Assembly: GCA_003693705.1 (NCBI GenBank)
Contig: RBZT01000564.1
Location: forward strand, 32,322 to 96,321
Length of the DNA stretch: 64,000 nt
Source of the DNA: Polymyxa betae A26-41
Taxonomy: Eukaryota; Protista; Endomyxa: Phytomyxea
Direction of reading: 5' to 3'
Below are positions 60,554 to 64,000 of this stretch, in pieces. The notes under the pieces are model-generated. The model saw only the letters and a list, made by a program, of their open reading frames with translations. It had not been told where the DNA came from and did no database searches. Positions within the stretch are counted from its first letter, which is position 1. Each line of letters begins with the position of its first letter. The position numbers and the translations under genes are program-made.

Positions 60554-60893
60554 AAAATGTGTTCCGGCTCCTTTCGAGTCGTTCTTCAGCATTCCCCAGG
60601 GCATCCTCATATCCCCAGTAGCTAAGCGCTTCTTAGTATCCCGAAAACCCCTCAAAAATCCTCAGTCATCAGCGTGACTCGAAACCCGGACCTCCGGAGA
60701 CGAACACATTTGCAATCTAAGCGCTTAGATTGCTTAGTTGGTTCCCAAACCGATACAAGCGGCACCTATTATGCAATGAAGGCCGGGCCCTACACCCAGA
60801 GTATACCAGCGCTGAAATAGAGACCTGGAATTCTAAAACAGTTCCTGATAAATTTAAAACTGTATTTTAAACTGATGGCATACAAAATCTGTC

Positions 60894-61340
60894 ATGCTGA
60901 ATTCGAAACAGACTGTTTTAGTCGCTGAAAACCCGGTGGCGCAGGCGAAGAGGGCGCGCTCCGCCGCTCGAGAAGCTGATCCAGTCAGGATCGCTTCAAA
61001 AGAAGTTGAGCGCCTTTCGAAAAGGCTCAAGAAGGCCCAGGCGGCCAACGACGCCTTACCGGCACGGGTTTCTGTCCTAACGCCGGATCAGGAGGACCTC
61101 CTGGCAGCTCTGCGGGAGGACGTTCTCGCAGTGCTGCCAGGGCATAATCCAGAAAACGCCTACAGCGAGGAGCAACGGGCTGTACTGTTTTAGCACAGCC
61201 AATCGATGTTGGAATTGGAAAGCTCCTGAAACTCGAATTCGTGACAGATTTGATGATTGGCTGGATACGCCAGATCGACGCGAGAATTAAAGCTCCATCA
61301 AGAGAGCTCTTATCAGAATGGATTATTTCATCGCCCAGAA
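60894..61340 (+). mobile_element. pogo/Tigger-type (DDE_1) transposase relic
   Basis: GCTVLAQPIDVGIGKLLK...RIKAPSRELLSEWI matches the pogo QPLDV and downstream KxPSR..l.eWi motifs. Confidence 0.65.
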
Positions 61341-61734
61341 AAGATGGAGTCAAACTGGTCCAAATTCATGGAGCTGTGAAGGCTTTAATTACTACAACGA
61401 TTAAATTCATTTCTCCTACATTGCTCTAAGTTTGTTTGGAACAAACTTGATCACAAACAGTGCAGCCCGTAATTGCAGCCCGTAATTGCCCCCCATACAG
61501 AGCTCGATCGACTGTCAAATCGGAGGCAGAAAGATCCTCTAAGACTTGCGGTATTGTTGTCGTACCGGTCGCCATCTGTCACACGAAAGACAACGAGTGC
61601 AGTCTCCTCGACATCATCGCCTACTAGATAGCAACCACAGTTAACCGAAAACAAACACTTTATCACTTTTTAGTATTTGCATCGCTCAAATCCTAACAAC
61701 AGCATCCAGCTGGACAAAAGAGTCAGCAAACTTC

Positions 61735-61900
61735 ATGTTTCTCACAAGTTCGGCATTTATCGCCATATGCAACAACAGCGATGTCGACAGGCTCACCGGT
61801 CGGGAGGTAATGGAGGCTCACCTCCCTCACCAAGCCGCCAAAATGGTCTATGTTGACAATTTATATACCGATCGACTCGGCCTGATGCAGGTTTTGGGGG
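61735..61900 (+). mobile_element. Possible piggyBac-like transposase relic
   Basis: Single motif MVYVDNLYT resembling the piggyBac DNxYT catalytic block. Confidence 0.3.
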
Positions 61901-61954
61901 GGGGGAGGGCGGTAGTTGCAAATGGGGAGCGCCTGCTTATATTGGTACTTGCGG

Positions 61955-62291
61955 GTGCTGTAGACGAAGAGCATTTCTTGCATAACTGTATCGATATAAA
62001 ATGGGCTTTCAGATCACGAATCCGCTTACTCAGGACAGAGCAATACCTATAGCAGCATTTATAAACGAAATTCAAAGCGAAGATCAGATAAAGAAATGCT
62101 CTTGAAATGATGGGGCATGAAAGCAGTTGCATATAGTGGAAAGTTTTGCAATTTTATATAATTTTTGTGCTGTAGATGAAGAGCATTTTCTTGCATAACT
62201 GTGTCGATATATTTATATAAATATGTTTTCCCATGAAGCCGAAATAAATTAAAACACGAATCCGTCTACTCAGGATCGTGAAATACCTATA
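61955..62291. repeat. Imperfect direct repeat (61955-62051 / 62167-62291) duplicating the Anp1 terminal exon and 3' UTR
   Basis: gtgctgtaga(c/t)gaagagcattt..cttgcataactgt..cgatata ... cacgaatccg..tactcagga....aatacctata present twice. Confidence 0.9.
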
Positions 62292-63794
62292 TCATTGATT
62301 AAACGAGACCGGAAACGAAGAAATGTGGAAGAATGAAATGGTATGACGAATGATCAGTAAAAGAAACAATCGTACTTTCAAATTCGCGAGACCGTAAACT
62401 TTCACGCCCATTGCTTGGGCAACTTGAGCGATTCCCTATATAAAACGCTAAGAGCGTTTGCAAGGTGCATAAGAGCAAAGCAACCTCTGTTTCAATAGCA
62501 TGCTCAAACGGGAATGTTGGAAAAAAAAGCCCTTCGCGTATCAAATCAGCATACACCATCAAAGCCGTTCCCCCAACGCCATGAATCTCGACCAAACCGT
62601 TTTCATCAATTCCGGTTTCTAAAAAAATAGTAATGCCATATCAGTTGGGATTTGCGATGAGGTTGCATAAGCGCATAACATACAGAATTTTTGAACACGT
62701 AAATGAAAGTCTTGAAAAGAAACGAAAGCATAGTGGGATGTTTATAAACGGTAGACTTACTAATATCGCAAAGAGATTCTCGATGCGTTAGCATGATGTG
62801 AGGATAGCCTTCGAACATTAGCTCACTGGGCCTCAAGCGTTCTTTGAAAGCAATCGAAGCAGGTGTCTCGCGCCAGTTGTTTCGGTCATAGCAGTAGCCA
62901 TCGCTTTGAATGCAATCTGCACTCACAACCGGTTTCTTCGCAGCGAGCATGCGCTCGATAATATCAGAAGGATACTGACGGAGATCAGAATCCAGCCACA
63001 GTACAACATCTTCATCAGCTAAAGCGATCGATTGCAAATGGTTACGACATTTCGCCTGGACTGATCGACGTCGGCCCTGAATAGTGAAGCCATGACGATC
63101 TTGGCCTCTCAAAGCTTTGTTGCCATTGTTGAAGTTCTTTTTTATGAGCGTTAAGCGTCGGTATGCTCCGCGCCGTATTAACTCCTCGAAGTTGGAGTAC
63201 ACCCTTTCGTACGTGTCATCGTTGCTATCACCTTCGAGGATACCCAGCGACATAAGTGATTTCGGATACGTGATGCGATCTGCAGAAGATGATCGTTAAC
63301 TGCAATACGGAAAGCAGCAACGCAAAATTTGAAAAGAGATAATAAAAATAGCGATACAGAAATCCTAAGCATATTCGATAAAAACATTTGTAAGCAGAAA
63401 TTCGAAGCTATAGAAAGCACATACCAAGCAGAGCAAAGTATAGAGATAGATGTTTGGAGGAGTCCTTCATCGGGGTCAGAACTAGCACACGAACTCTGGG
63501 ACGTCCCTGATCGACCGACTGATCAATAGTTTGTGGATTTGTTGACCATTCGCTGAGAACATCTCGAGGGGTTTGAGCTGAATTTACCCACAACTTGACA
63601 TTGGTTCCAGTGCTGGAATATTGCATAGGGAGCGGCGGTTGATCCTGCTTTTTAAATATCACAATCCGGGCAGCATGAATATGTCCTCCCAGGAACGCCA
63701 CACTCAGTAGATCGAGAACAATAAAGCTGGCAACGGCAATCAGAACCCAGGACTGGATCAGATGCCTGTCTGTGGGGAGCTTTGCTCGCCACAT
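62266..63794 (-). CDS. Anp1/Mnn9/Van1-family (GT62) type-II membrane mannosyltransferase, multi-exon
   Basis: VLVLTPMKDSSKHL..YF.LL, YPKSLMSLGILEGDSNDDT, RRRSVQAKCRNHL, VLWLDSDL, YDRNNWRET, GVGGTALMVYADLIREG..FP.FPFEHAIETE|GIAQVA..MG.KVYGL.NL. Confidence 0.9.
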
Positions 63795-64000
63795 GCTCGC
63801 GGCAGCGTCCCTGATGCCCTTGAATTTGAGCTCCAGGGTTGCTAGGCTTATAGGACAGCCGAACGACCCCAAATCAGATGTGTTGCAGTAAAGAGTGACA
63901 TCAACAACTGACTGCAGGTCTCAGGAGCGACGGGCGAAGGCTGCGCTTTCCTAAGCAAAGGGCCGATTATGTAAACGAAATATTTATATCAAATGGGCAT

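Larger units (their letters stand above)
56137..60757. mobile_element. 4,621-bp TIR element (TGT...ACA, 29-bp perfect TIRs, 4-bp TSD AGCG), Ginger/TDD-like end signature, non-autonomous, cargo-carrying
   Basis: 56137-56165 tgtatcggtttgggaaccaactaagcaat is the exact reverse complement of 60729-60757; agcg at 56133-56136 and 60758-60761. Confidence 0.85.

Noticed and set aside
1-64000. tRNA, rRNA or paired LTRs
   Set aside because: None recognised by eye; tRNAscan-SE, Infernal and LTRharvest would be needed to exclude them

Overview
Eukaryotic nuclear DNA from a compact, intron-rich protist-type genome (short ~50-60 nt spliceosomal introns, tiny intergenic spaces, flagellar outer-dynein-arm docking genes). 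A plasmodiophorid/Phytomyxea-like origin is my impression, not demonstrated. Bases 1-51 kb are gene-dense: CCT7, PHB2, LMBR1-like, NDUFS4, ACAD10/11, Sec14, F-BAR-like with CPI motif, La/LARP7-like, CEP57-like, SUV3, a large secreted repeat protein, a tandem pair of TmcB/C-like PAS-domain membrane genes joined to a TauE/SafE-like module, mL50, DUF202, a diflavin reductase, ZNF593/BUD20, two ODAD1/CCDC114-like genes, NTMT1 and Abi. Bases ~51-62 kb are a transposon graveyard (copia, gypsy, SET pseudogene, non-autonomous hAT, pogo). It contains a 4,621-bp element with perfect 29-bp TGT...ACA terminal inverted repeats and a 4-bp target-site duplication that carries cargo (DUF900-like alpha/beta hydrolase, orphan ORFs) but no visible transposase. 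An Anp1/GT62 glycosyltransferase ends the window. The best candidates for something new are the cargo-carrying TIR element and the Tmc-TauE fusion with an apparent fission in one paralog. Family calls come from motifs recognised by eye, exon boundaries are manual, and some frameshifts may be homopolymer assembly errors.
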